Positions 14,473-26,326 of a DNA stretch of 64,000 nucleotides are shown piece by piece; within the stretch, counting starts at the first letter, position 1; every line of letters begins with the position of its first letter. The notes under the pieces were generated by a model that was not told where the DNA came from, made no database searches, and saw nothing but the letters and a program-made list of their open reading frames with translations. A program made the position numbers and the translations under genes. The stretch comes from Escherichia coli (GTDB taxonomy: Bacteria > Pseudomonadota > Gammaproteobacteria > Enterobacterales > Enterobacteriaceae): the NCBI RefSeq assembly GCF_003790525.1, contig NZ_CP033635.1; one strand, written 5' to 3'.

Positions 14473-14786
14473 TGAGTGCTGAGTTTCAGACCAATAATCC
14501 CCAATACGATTAACGCCAGACTCGCCAGGCGCATCGGGTTAGCGGACTCACCGAGCAGCACAATGCCGGTGATGGCCGCGCCGACTGCGCCAATACCCGT
14601 CCACACGGCATAAGCCGTCCCTACTGGTAACGATTTCATCGCCCAGGCAAGTAGCGCCATACTGACAATCATCGCCATCACGGTAATAACACTTGGCGTC
14701 AAACGACTAAAGCCGTGGGTATATTTCAGGCCAACGGCCCATACCACTTCCAGCAGACCAGCAATAACTAAGATAATCCAGGACAT
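14469..14786 (-). CDS. gdx: SMR-family guanidinium exporter Gdx (SugE)
   Basis: ORF 14469-14849. The start at [23 protein letters not shown] gives 105 aa with 4 TM helices. The upstream part of the ORF is the riboswitch leader, not coding sequence. Confidence 0.9.
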   Translation of the reverse strand: MSWIILVIAGLLEVVWAVGLKYTHGFSRLTPSVITVMAMIVSMALLAWAMKSLPVGTAYAVWTGIGAVGAAITGIVLLGESANPMRLASLALIVLGIIGLKLSTH

Positions 14787-14802
14787 ATCAGGCTCCGGAG
14801 AA

Positions 14803-14851
14803 TTGGGGCCGTCCCCGGTGAAAAGAGGCGTTTGCAGGTCGTCCTGCAAAG
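14803..14851 (-). promoter_or_regulatory. guanidine-II (mini-ykkC) riboswitch in the gdx leader
   Basis: On the minus strand there are two small hairpins, each with an ACGR tetraloop: uugcagg-ACGA-ccugcaa and gggg-ACGG-cccc. They are about 16 nt apart and the second lies just upstream of the SD/ATG. Confidence 0.8.
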
Positions 14852-14960
14852 CTGATGGTTGAACGGATATTTTGCCAGGTGGCAGGGGAATTTCAACTAT
14901 TACCTTTGTGACTATTGCAAAAAAACAAACGGCACGACATAACTGTCGTACCGTTATTGC

Positions 14961-15107
14961 TTACTGCTGCGCTTTCGTTGCTGCGCCAGAAATCGCGTTA
15001 CCGCCATCAGAAATGTCTTCACCAACGCCACGCGTGGTGTTGCAGGCAGTTAATACTGTTGAAAGCACCAGAACAGAAAAGATCGCTGCAATTGTCTTCT
15101 TCACCAT
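14961..15107 (-). CDS. ecnB: entericidin B lipoprotein (48 aa; below ORF-track size cut-off)
   Basis: Manual translation of the minus strand gives [48 protein letters not shown], with lipobox LTAC. Confidence 0.85.
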
Positions 15108-15217
15108 AACGTCTTCCTTTTAGGTAATGTTATTTATGTTTGCCTATAGCAAATTAATAATAGACAACATCACCAAAAATGATGGAAATCTGATGATTTT
15201 TCGGAAGAGAAGAAAAA

Positions 15218-15343
15218 TTAGCTGGCAGCGCGGGAGATGGAATTACCGAGATGTTTAATGTCTTCACCAAAACCGCGAGCGGTGTTACAGCCCGTGAGCA
15301 GCGCACTGGCAAGCAAAACAAGAACGATAAGGCGTTTCATCAT
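15218..15343 (-). CDS. ecnA: entericidin A lipoprotein (41 aa; below ORF-track size cut-off)
   Basis: Manual translation gives MMKRLIVLVLLASALLTGCNTARGFGEDIKHLGNSISRAAS*, with lipobox LTGC. Confidence 0.85.
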   Translation of the reverse strand: MMKRLIVLVLLASALLTGCNTARGFGEDIKHLGNSISRAAS

Positions 15344-15394
15344 CTCTGACCTGAATAAGTGATGGTGCAGCCTGCAGGCCGCACCACAACCGCA

Positions 15395-15961
15395 TTACTT
15401 CACGCGAGAGACGTATTCACCAGAGCGGGTATCCACTTTGATGACTTCGCCGATCTGCACGAACAGCGGAACTTTAACCACAGCGCCAGTAGACAGGGTA
15501 GCTGGTTTGCCGCCAGTACCTGCGGTATCACCTTTCAGGCCCGGATCGGTATCAACGATTTCCAGTTCAACGAAGTTCGGCGGAGTAACGGAGATCGGCT
15601 GACCATTCCACAGAGTTACGATACACTCTGCCTGATCAAGCAGCCATTTCGCGTTGTCGCCAATTGCTTTTGCGTCAGCAGACAGCTGCTCGAAAGTTTC
15701 GTTGTTCATGAAGTGCCAGAACTCACCGTCGTTGTACAGGTAAGTCAGGTTCATATCGACAACATCAGCGCCTTCAGCGGAATCAGTAGATTTGAAGGTT
15801 TTTTCTACGCGAGTACCGGTCAGCAGACGACGCAGTTTAACGCGAGCAAATGCCTGGCCTTTACCCGGTTTTACGAATTCACTCGCTTCAACCGCGTAAG
15901 GTTCGCCGTCTAACATGATTTTAAGACCAGCACGAAAATCGTTGCTATAGTACGTTGCCAT
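15395..15961 (-). CDS. efp: translation elongation factor P
   Basis: 188 aa beginning [22 protein letters not shown], with the modified-lysine loop KPGKGQAF. Confidence 0.97.
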
Positions 15962-16002
15962 AAGGCCCTCTGAAATTTGTTAATTGGTAGCTAAGCCACA
16001 AA

Positions 16003-17031
16003 ATGGCGCATATTGTAACCCTAAATACCCCATCCAGAGAAGATTGGTTAACGCAACTTGCCGATGTTGTGACCGATCCTGATGAACTTCTGCGTCTTTT
16101 GAATATAGACGCGGACGAAAAACTGTTGGCCGGACGCAGCGCCAAAAAGCTGTTTGCCCTGCGTGTGCCCCGCTCATTTATCGATCGCATGGAGAAAGGC
16201 AATCCGAACGATCCGCTTTTGCGTCAGGTAATTACCTCGCAAGATGAGTTTGTCGTCGCGCCCGGATTCTCCACCGACCCGCTGGAAGAACAGCACAGCG
16301 TAGTGCCAGGTTTGTTGCATAAATACCACAACCGGGCGCTTTTGCTGGTCAAAGGCGGCTGCGCGGTAAATTGCCGCTATTGCTTCCGTCGCCACTTCCC
16401 CTATGCCGAAAATCAGGGCAACAAGCGTAACTGGCAGATTGCACTTGAGTATGTTGCTGCGCATCCGGAACTGGACGAGATGATTTTCTCCGGCGGCGAT
16501 CCGCTGATGGCGAAAGATCACGAGCTGGACTGGTTGCTCACACAACTGGAAGCCATCCCGCATATCAAACGTCTGCGGATTCACAGCCGTCTGCCGATTG
16601 TGATCCCGGCACGCATCACAGATGCGCTGGTTGAACGCTTTTCACATTCTACGCTGCAAATCTTGCTGGTGAATCACATCAACCATGCCAATGAGATAGA
16701 TGAAACATTCCGTCAGGCGATGGCTAAGTTGCGCCGGGTAGGCGTTACTTTGCTCAACCAGAGCGTTCTGTTACGTGATGTGAACGATAACGCACAAACG
16801 CTGGCAAACCTGAGTAATGCGTTGTTCGATGCCGGCGTGATGCCGTATTACCTGCATGTGCTCGATAAAGTACAGGGCGCGGCGCATTTTATGGTGAGTG
16901 ATGACGAAGCACGGCAGATTATGCGTGAGTTGCTGACACTGGTGTCGGGATATCTGGTGCCTAAACTGGCGCGAGAAATTGGCGGCGAACCCAGCAAAAC
17001 GCCGCTGGATCTCCAGCTACGCCAGCAGTAA
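16003..17031 (+). CDS. epmB: EF-P beta-lysylation lysine 2,3-aminomutase (YjeK)
   Basis: 342 aa with the radical-SAM motif CAVNCRYCFRR. It is divergent from efp. Confidence 0.93.
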   Translation: MAHIVTLNTPSREDWLTQLADVVTDPDELLRLLNIDADEKLLAGRSAKKLFALRVPRSFIDRMEKGNPNDPLLRQVITSQDEFVVAPGFSTDPLEEQHSVVPGLLHKYHNRALLLVKGGCAVNCRYCFRRHFPYAENQGNKRNWQIALEYVAAHPELDEMIFSGGDPLMAKDHELDWLLTQLEAIPHIKRLRIHSRLPIVIPARITDALVERFSHSTLQILLVNHINHANEIDETFRQAMAKLRRVGVTLLNQSVLLRDVNDNAQTLANLSNALFDAGVMPYYLHVLDKVQGAAHFMVSDDEARQIMRELLTLVSGYLVPKLAREIGGEPSKTPLDLQLRQQ

Positions 17032-17265
17032 CTGATTAAACAGGGAAGTTTAATCTTTGCCCGTTGCATAACCTTTAATTATTCATATACATTGCTGTTG
17101 TTACTCTTTATATAACCAACACCAATAATTAACCTTTCTTTTCTGTTTATATAGAGTGAGCACGGCTATTTATGTTATTTTAACAACTATTACTACCAAG
17201 CCCATTTATCTGGCTTATAAACTAAAATTAATTATTTAATTGAGAAATGGTTAGGGAGAACCTAC

Positions 17266-18135
17266 ATGGCCATAAGCATCAAGGGTGTTAATACCGGTGT
17301 TATTCGCAAGAGTAATAATTTCATTGCACTGGCGCTGAAAATTAAAGAGCCTCGCAATAAAGAATCGTTGTTCTTTCTGTCTGTCATGGAACTGCGCGAC
17401 CTTCTGATTGCGCTGGAAAGCCGTTTGCATCAAAAGCATAAACTGGATGCTGCTGCACGCCTTCAGTATGAGCAAGCTCGCGATAAAGTCATTAAGAAAA
17501 TGGCAGAAAATATCCCAGAAATTCTGGTTGATGAGCTTAAAAATGCCGATATTAATCGTCGGGTTAACACGCTGGAACTTACCGATAATCAGGGTGAAAA
17601 TCTTACCTTCGTATTAACGCTACATGACGGTAGCACATGTGAGTTAGTCATCAATGAATTGCAGATTGAAATGCTGGCGCGAGCAATCATTCATGCAATT
17701 AATAATGCGGAAATGCGTGAACTGGCATTACGTATTACCTCACTGTTAGATTTCCTGCCGTTATACGACGTTGACTGCCAGGACAATGGCAATCTGGAAT
17801 ATGACACCTATTCCCAACCGGAATGGAAACATAACTTGTTCAACCATTATCTGGCGGTGCTTTACCGCTTTAAAGATAAAAGTGGCAAAGAACAATTTAG
17901 CGGCGCAGTGGTGAAAACGCGTGAAGCAACGCCGGGTAAAGAAGTGGAGGCGATCACTCGCCGAATGCTTGATTTCAGCCCCCGACTGAAAAAACTCGCG
18001 GGTGTGCCATGTCAGGTCTATGTTCGCACCGTAGCGGCAAATAATGCCCAACCGCTAACCCAGGATCAATGCTTACGCGCGCTGCATCACTTACGTGTTC
18101 AATCCACCAGCAAAACTGCACCGCAGGCGAAATAA
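17266..18135 (+). CDS. yjeJ: uncharacterised protein YjeJ
   Basis: 289-aa ORF in an AT-rich region. Size and synteny match K-12 yjeJ. I recognise no motif. Confidence 0.7.
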   Translation: MAISIKGVNTGVIRKSNNFIALALKIKEPRNKESLFFLSVMELRDLLIALESRLHQKHKLDAAARLQYEQARDKVIKKMAENIPEILVDELKNADINRRVNTLELTDNQGENLTFVLTLHDGSTCELVINELQIEMLARAIIHAINNAEMRELALRITSLLDFLPLYDVDCQDNGNLEYDTYSQPEWKHNLFNHYLAVLYRFKDKSGKEQFSGAVVKTREATPGKEVEAITRRMLDFSPRLKKLAGVPCQVYVRTVAANNAQPLTQDQCLRALHHLRVQSTSKTAPQAK

Positions 18136-18184
18136 TCCCATCTGTTTTACTACGAGGCTGGAAGTATCCAGCCTCTGGATCCCA

Positions 18185-18538
18185 TCAGTTCGGGCACTTA
18201 TATACCTGGCCGATAATCTGGCTATCCGTCGGGACAAAACTGGACAACATTCCCTGCGACGGGCTGCTGATGCCATAAATCACGTTACCGCCCATTGCAG
18301 CCGCCTGGTTGCGCAGATCGTTTGCTGCGCCGCGCATAGAACCGCCTTCTTCACCGTGTTGCCCGGAAAGCCAGTTGCTTTGCTTACCTGTCGCAGTACC
18401 AATCAGCTGGCACTCTGCGCCTGGCTGCTCGTCCACAATGCGTACACTCTGACCGGCAGCACTCAATTCGTTGCTGGAGCCACAACCCGCCATCAGTAGC
18501 GCGGCACCGACAATCCCTGCTAAGTATTTTACGTGCAT
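18185..18538 (-). CDS. yjeI: DUF4156-type lipoprotein YjeI
   Basis: ORF 18185-18571. The start at MHVKYLAGIVGAALLMAGC gives 117 aa with lipobox LMAGC. Confidence 0.75.
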   Translation of the reverse strand: MHVKYLAGIVGAALLMAGCGSSNELSAAGQSVRIVDEQPGAECQLIGTATGKQSNWLSGQHGEEGGSMRGAANDLRNQAAAMGGNVIYGISSPSQGMLSSFVPTDSQIIGQVYKCPN

Positions 18539-18610
18539 GTTATTCCCCATAATCAATGAGCTGGACGCCACTCGCGTCTGTGTGTGAATCTTATACTAAA
18601 AAGATGACTA

Positions 18611-18643
18611 AAAGAAAAACCCCCAGACATTTCTGCCCGGGGG
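18611..18643 (-). terminator. groESL rho-independent terminator
   Basis: The minus strand reads cccccgggcagaaatgtctggggg followed by TTTTTCTTTT, about 30 nt after the groL stop. Confidence 0.7.
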
Positions 18644-18672
18644 TTTGTTTATTTCTGCGAGGTGCAGGGCAA

Positions 18673-20331
<1,659 letters not shown>

Positions 20332-20362
20332 TTAAATTCGTATGTTCAGTGTCGTGCGCGGA

Positions 20363-20707
<345 letters not shown>

Positions 20708-20735
20708 TTACGTGGTTTCCCGGCTGGTGACCAGA

Positions 20736-20765
20736 GAAATGGGGATGAGGCTTCGCCCCTTCAAG
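20736..20765 (-). promoter_or_regulatory. sigma-32 heat-shock promoter of groESL
   Basis: The minus strand reads CCCCCTTGAA-ggggcgaagcctcat-CCCCATTTC, matching the sigma-32 consensus CTTGAA / CCCCATnT. Confidence 0.8.
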
Positions 20766-20931
20766 GGGGAAAAAGAAAAAAAATTCTGATCAGCACAAAA
20801 TCGGGTGAAAACCCTGATTCACCTCACATTTCATCGCAATTTCTTCATCACCGTCATAAGCGAATCTGATTGTGCTACCATCGAAAATCTACGCAGTTGC
20901 CCATAATTTGGGCGCAATCGGACATCAACCC

Positions 20932-22188
20932 ATGAGTGGACTCAAACAAGAACTGGGGCTGGCCCAGGGCATTGGCCTGCTATCGACGTCATTATTAGGC
21001 ACTGGCGTGTTTGCCGTTCCTGCGTTAGCTGCGCTGGTAGCGGGCAATAACAGCCTGTGGGCGTGGCCCGTTTTGATTATCTTAGTGTTCCCGATTGCGA
21101 TTGTGTTTGCGATTCTGGGTCGCCACTATCCCAGCGCAGGCGGTGTCGCGCACTTCGTCGGTATGGCGTTTGGTTCGCGGCTTGAGCGAGTCACCGGCTG
21201 GTTGTTTTTATCGGTCATTCCCGTGGGTTTGCCTGCCGCGCTACAAATTGCCGCCGGGTTCGGCCAGGCAATGTTTGGCTGGCATAGCTGGCAACTGTTG
21301 TTGGCAGAACTCGGTACGCTGGCGCTGGTGTGGTATATCGGTACTCGCGGTGCCAGTTCCAGTGCTAATCTACAAACAGTTATTGCCGGACTTATCGTCG
21401 CGCTGATTGTCGCTATCTGGTGGGCGGGCGATATCAAACCTGCGAATATCCCCTTCCCTGCACCTGGTAATATCGAACTTACCGGGTTATTTGCTGCGTT
21501 ATCAGTGATGTTCTGGTGCTTTGTCGGTCTGGAGGCATTTGCCCATCTTGCCTCGGAATTTAAAAATCCAGAGCGTGATTTTCCTCGTGCTTTGATGATT
21601 GGTCTGCTGCTGGCAGGATTAGTCTACTGGGGCTGTACGGTAGTCGTCTTACACTTCGACGCCTATGGTGAACAAATGGCCGCGGCAGCATCGCTTCCAA
21701 AAATTGTAGTGCAACTGTTCGGTGTAGGAGCGTTATGGATTGCCTGCGTGATTGGCTATCTGGCCTGCTTTGCCAGTCTCAACATTTATATACAGAGCTT
21801 CGCCCGCCTGGTCTGGTCGCAGGCGCAACATAATCCTGACCACTACCTGGCACGCCTCTCTTCTCGTCATATCCCGAATAATGCCCTCAATGCGGTGCTC
21901 GGCTGCTGCGTGGTGAGCACGTTGGTGATTCATGCTTTAGAGATCAATCTGGACGCTCTTATTATTTATGCCAATGGCATCTTTATTATGATTTATCTGT
22001 TATGCATGCTGGCAGGTTGTAAATTATTGCAAGGACGTTATCGACTACTGGCGGTGGTTGGCGGGCTGTTATGCGTTCTGTTACTGGCAATGGTCGGCTG
22101 GAAAAGTCTCTATGCGCTGATCATGCTGGCGGGGTTATGGCTGTTTCTGCCAAAACGAAAAACGCCGGAAAATGGCATAACCACATAA
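20932..22188 (+). CDS. yjeH: APC-family L-methionine/branched-chain amino acid exporter YjeH
   Basis: ORF 20872-22188. The start at MSGLKQELGLAQGIGLL gives 418 aa with about 11-12 TM helices. Confidence 0.88.
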   Translation: MSGLKQELGLAQGIGLLSTSLLGTGVFAVPALAALVAGNNSLWAWPVLIILVFPIAIVFAILGRHYPSAGGVAHFVGMAFGSRLERVTGWLFLSVIPVGLPAALQIAAGFGQAMFGWHSWQLLLAELGTLALVWYIGTRGASSSANLQTVIAGLIVALIVAIWWAGDIKPANIPFPAPGNIELTGLFAALSVMFWCFVGLEAFAHLASEFKNPERDFPRALMIGLLLAGLVYWGCTVVVLHFDAYGEQMAAAASLPKIVVQLFGVGALWIACVIGYLACFASLNIYIQSFARLVWSQAQHNPDHYLARLSSRHIPNNALNAVLGCCVVSTLVIHALEINLDALIIYANGIFIMIYLLCMLAGCKLLQGRYRLLAVVGGLLCVLLLAMVGWKSLYALIMLAGLWLFLPKRKTPENGITT

Positions 22189-22203
22189 TCCGGCGTTTCG
22201 ACA

Positions 22204-22680
22204 TTAATCCTGGCGATCGTCTTTATGATCAAGGCGGTCGCGGTCATCATCCTTTCTCTGGTACTCACCATCAAAAGTATTACCGCCACCGGTCCCGGCG
22301 CTAAAACCGCCGCCTGGCATGCGAGAAAAGCGCAAATGTGGCATCAACTTCACTGTCAGATGCTTTTGCACCGGCGGCAATAAAAGTAGAAGACCGAGGA
22401 AGTCGGTAAAAAAGCCCGGTAATAAAAGCAGCAAACCGGCAATGATCAGCGAAACACTTTTAATCATCTCCGCCGCTGGGTTTTCACCCGCCGCCATTTT
22501 TTGCTGCATCAGCACGAAATTCTTAAAGCCCTGGTTGCGTACCAGTGACATACCGATAACTGACGTGAATATAACCAGCACGAGGGTCAGCAATACCCCC
22601 AATACATGGGCAACCTGAATAAAGATTGAAATCTCAATATAGACATAAAGGAAAATGGCAATAAAAGGTAACCAGCGCAA
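22204..22680 (-). CDS. fxsA: inner-membrane protein FxsA (F-exclusion suppressor)
   Basis: 158 aa beginning MRWLPFIAIFLYVYIEISIFIQVAHVLG, with synteny next to aspA. Confidence 0.9.
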   Translation of the reverse strand: MRWLPFIAIFLYVYIEISIFIQVAHVLGVLLTLVLVIFTSVIGMSLVRNQGFKNFVLMQQKMAAGENPAAEMIKSVSLIIAGLLLLLPGFFTDFLGLLLLLPPVQKHLTVKLMPHLRFSRMPGGGFSAGTGGGNTFDGEYQRKDDDRDRLDHKDDRQD

Positions 22681-23016
22681 AGGTTTCTCCTGTAATAGCA
22701 GCCGGTTAACCCCGGCTACCTGAATGGGTTGCGAATCGCGTTTAGCTTATATTGTGGTCATTAGCAAAATTTCAAGATGTTTGCGCAACTATTTTTGGTA
22801 GTAATCCCAAAGCGGTGATCTATTTCACAAATTAATAATTAAGGGGTAAAAACCGACACTTAAAGTGATCCAGATTACGGTAGAAATCCTCAAGCAGCAT
22901 ATGATCTCGGGTATTCGGTCGATGCAGGGGATAATCGTCGGTCGAAAAACATTCGAAACCACATATATTCTGTGTGTTTAAAGCAAATCATTGGCAGCTT
23001 GAAAAAGAAGGTTCAC

Positions 23017-24453
23017 ATGTCAAACAACATTCGTATCGAAGAAGATCTGTTGGGTACCAGGGAAGTTCCAGCTGATGCCTACTATGGTGTTCACACTCTG
23101 AGAGCGATTGAAAACTTCTATATCAGCAACAACAAAATCAGTGATATTCCTGAATTTGTTCGCGGTATGGTAATGGTTAAAAAAGCCGCAGCTATGGCAA
23201 ACAAAGAGCTGCAAACCATTCCTAAAAGTGTAGCGAATGCCATCATTGCCGCATGTGATGAAGTCCTGAACAACGGAAAATGCATGGATCAGTTCCCGGT
23301 AGACGTCTACCAGGGCGGCGCAGGTACTTCCGTAAACATGAACACCAACGAAGTGCTGGCCAATATCGGTCTGGAACTGATGGGTCACCAGAAAGGTGAA
23401 TATCAGTACCTGAACCCGAACGACCATGTTAACAAATGTCAGTCCACTAACGACGCCTACCCGACCGGTTTCCGTATCGCAGTTTACTCTTCCCTGATTA
23501 AGCTGGTAGATGCGATTAACCAACTGCGTGAAGGCTTTGAACGTAAAGCTGTCGAATTCCAGGACATCCTGAAAATGGGTCGTACACAGCTGCAGGACGC
23601 AGTACCGATGACCCTCGGCCAGGAATTCCGCGCTTTCAGCATCCTGCTGAAAGAAGAAGTTAAAAACATCCAACGTACCGCTGAACTGCTGCTGGAAGTT
23701 AACCTTGGCGCAACAGCAATCGGTACTGGTCTGAACACGCCGAAAGAGTACTCTCCGCTGGCAGTGAAAAAACTGGCTGAAGTCACTGGCTTCCCATGCG
23801 TACCGGCTGAAGACCTGATCGAAGCGACCTCTGACTGCGGCGCTTATGTTATGGTTCACGGCGCGCTGAAACGCCTGGCTGTGAAGATGTCCAAAATCTG
23901 TAACGACCTGCGCTTGCTCTCTTCTGGCCCACGTGCCGGCCTGAACGAGATCAACCTGCCGGAACTGCAGGCGGGCTCTTCCATCATGCCAGCTAAAGTA
24001 AACCCGGTTGTTCCGGAAGTGGTTAACCAGGTATGCTTCAAAGTCATCGGTAACGACACCACTGTTACCATGGCAGCAGAAGCAGGTCAGCTGCAGTTGA
24101 ACGTTATGGAGCCGGTCATTGGCCAGGCCATGTTTGAATCCGTTCACATTCTGACCAACGCTTGCTACAACCTGCTGGAAAAATGCATTAACGGCATCAC
24201 TGCTAACAAAGAAGTGTGCGAAGGTTACGTTTACAACTCTATCGGTATCGTTACTTACCTGAACCCGTTCATCGGTCACCACAACGGTGACATCGTGGGT
24301 AAAATCTGTGCCGAAACCGGTAAGAGTGTACGTGAAGTCGTTCTGGAACGCGGTCTGTTGACTGAAGCGGAACTTGACGATATTTTCTCCGTACAGAATC
24401 TGATGCACCCGGCTTACAAAGCAAAACGCTATACTGATGAAAGCGAACAGTAA
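23017..24453 (+). CDS. aspA: aspartate ammonia-lyase
   Basis: ORF 22972-24453. The start at [18 protein letters not shown] gives 478 aa. The fumarate-lyase signature [11 protein letters not shown] is present. Confidence 0.97.
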
Positions 24454-24476
24454 TCGTACAGGGTAGTACAAATAAA

Positions 24477-24507
24477 GAAGGCACGTCAGATGACGTGCCT
24501 TTTTTCT
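24477..24507 (+). terminator. aspA rho-independent terminator
   Basis: aaggcacgtca-ga-tgacgtgcctt followed by TTTTTCTT. Confidence 0.85.
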
Positions 24508-24570
24508 TGTGAGCAGTAACTTAAAAATAACAATCTAATATCAACTTGTTAAAAAACAAGGAAGGCTAAT

Positions 24571-25872
24571 ATGCTAGTTGTAGAACTCATCATAGTTTTG
24601 CTGGCGATCTTCTTGGGCGCCAGATTGGGGGGAATAGGTATTGGTTTTGCAGGCGGATTGGGGGTGCTGGTTCTTGCCGCTATTGGCGTTAAACCCGGTA
24701 ACATCCCGTTCGATGTCATTTCCATTATCATGGCGGTTATCGCCGCTATTTCTGCCATGCAGGTTGCTGGCGGTCTGGACTATCTGGTTCATCAGACAGA
24801 AAAGCTGCTGCGCCGTAACCCGAAATACATCACGATCCTCGCACCGATCGTGACCTATTTCCTGACTATCTTTGCTGGTACTGGCAACATCTCTCTGGCG
24901 ACACTGCCAGTTATCGCTGAAGTTGCGAAGGAACAAGGCGTTAAACCTTGCCGTCCGCTGTCTACTGCAGTGGTATCCGCGCAGATTGCGATCACCGCAT
25001 CGCCAATCTCAGCAGCAGTGGTTTACATGTCTTCCGTGATGGAAGGTCATGGCATCAGCTACCTCCATCTGCTCTCCGTGGTCATCCCGTCCACCCTGCT
25101 GGCGGTTCTGGTGATGTCCTTCCTGGTCACTATGCTGTTCAACTCCAAACTCTCTGACGATCCGATTTATCGCAAGCGTCTGGAAGAGGGCCTGGTTGAA
25201 CTGCGCGGTGAAAAGCAGATTGAAATCAAATCCGGTGCAAAAACGTCCGTCTGGCTGTTCCTGCTGGGCGTAGTTGGCGTGGTTATCTATGCAATCATCA
25301 ACAGCCCAAGCATGGGTCTGGTTGAAAAACCGCTGATGAACACCACCAACGCAATCCTGATCATCATGCTCAGCGTTGCAACTCTGACCACCGTTATCTG
25401 TAAAGTCGATACCGACAACATCCTCAACTCCAGCACCTTCAAAGCAGGTATGAGCGCCTGTATTTGTATCCTGGGTGTTGCGTGGCTGGGCGATACTTTC
25501 GTTTCCAACAACATCGACTGGATCAAAGATACCGCTGGTGAAGTGATTCAGGGTCATCCGTGGCTGCTGGCCGTCATCTTCTTCTTTGCTTCTGCTCTGC
25601 TGTACTCTCAGGCTGCAACCGCAAAAGCACTGATGCCGATGGCTCTGGCACTGAACGTTTCTCCGCTGACCGCTGTTGCTTCTTTCGCTGCGGTGTCTGG
25701 TCTGTTCATTCTGCCGACCTACCCGACGCTGGTTGCTGCGGTACAGATGGATGACACGGGTACTACCCGTATCGGTAAATTCGTCTTCAACCATCCGTTC
25801 TTCATCCCGGGTACTCTGGGTGTTGCCCTGGCCGTTTGCTTCGGCTTCGTGCTGGGTAGCTTCATGCTGTAA
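24571..25872 (+). CDS. dcuA: anaerobic C4-dicarboxylate transporter DcuA
   Basis: 433-aa polytopic membrane protein beginning MLVVELIIVLLAIFLGARLGGIGIGFAGG. Confidence 0.95.
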   Translation: MLVVELIIVLLAIFLGARLGGIGIGFAGGLGVLVLAAIGVKPGNIPFDVISIIMAVIAAISAMQVAGGLDYLVHQTEKLLRRNPKYITILAPIVTYFLTIFAGTGNISLATLPVIAEVAKEQGVKPCRPLSTAVVSAQIAITASPISAAVVYMSSVMEGHGISYLHLLSVVIPSTLLAVLVMSFLVTMLFNSKLSDDPIYRKRLEEGLVELRGEKQIEIKSGAKTSVWLFLLGVVGVVIYAIINSPSMGLVEKPLMNTTNAILIIMLSVATLTTVICKVDTDNILNSSTFKAGMSACICILGVAWLGDTFVSNNIDWIKDTAGEVIQGHPWLLAVIFFFASALLYSQAATAKALMPMALALNVSPLTAVASFAAVSGLFILPTYPTLVAAVQMDDTGTTRIGKFVFNHPFFIPGTLGVALAVCFGFVLGSFML

Positions 25873-25987
25873 TGATCAATCGCGGGGCGTTCACGCCCCG
25901 CTTTCTTTCCCGCCGACTAACATCCTTCCCCCGTCCGTTGTATAGTGACCTCTCTCTTGCGGTTCCATCTGTTCTTGCGAGGTGTTT

Positions 25988-26326
25988 ATGCTTGATGAAA
26001 AAAGTTCGAATACCGCGTCTGTCGTGGTGCTATGTACCGCACCGGATGAAGCGACAGCCCAGGATTTAGCCGCCAAAGTGCTGGCGGAAAAACTGGCGGC
26101 CTGCGCGACCTTGATCCCCGGCGCTACCTCTCTCTATTACTGGGAAGGTAAGCTGGAGCAAGAATACGAAGTGCAGATGATTTTAAAAACTACCGTATCT
26201 CACCAGCAGGCACTGCTGGAATGCCTGAAGTCTCATCATCCATATCAAACCCCGGAACTTCTGGTTTTACCTGTTACACACGGAGACACAGATTACCTCT
26301 CATGGCTCAACGCATCTTTACGCTGA
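25988..26326 (+). CDS. cutA: divalent-cation tolerance protein CutA
   Basis: ORF 25982-26326. The start at [21 protein letters not shown] gives 112 aa. Confidence 0.9.

Noticed and set aside
23020-24471. 483-aa ORF antisense to aspA
   Set aside because: The same shadow-ORF phenomenon applies. The sense strand is full-length AspA with the lyase signature, and the antisense translation has no recognisable domain or RBS.
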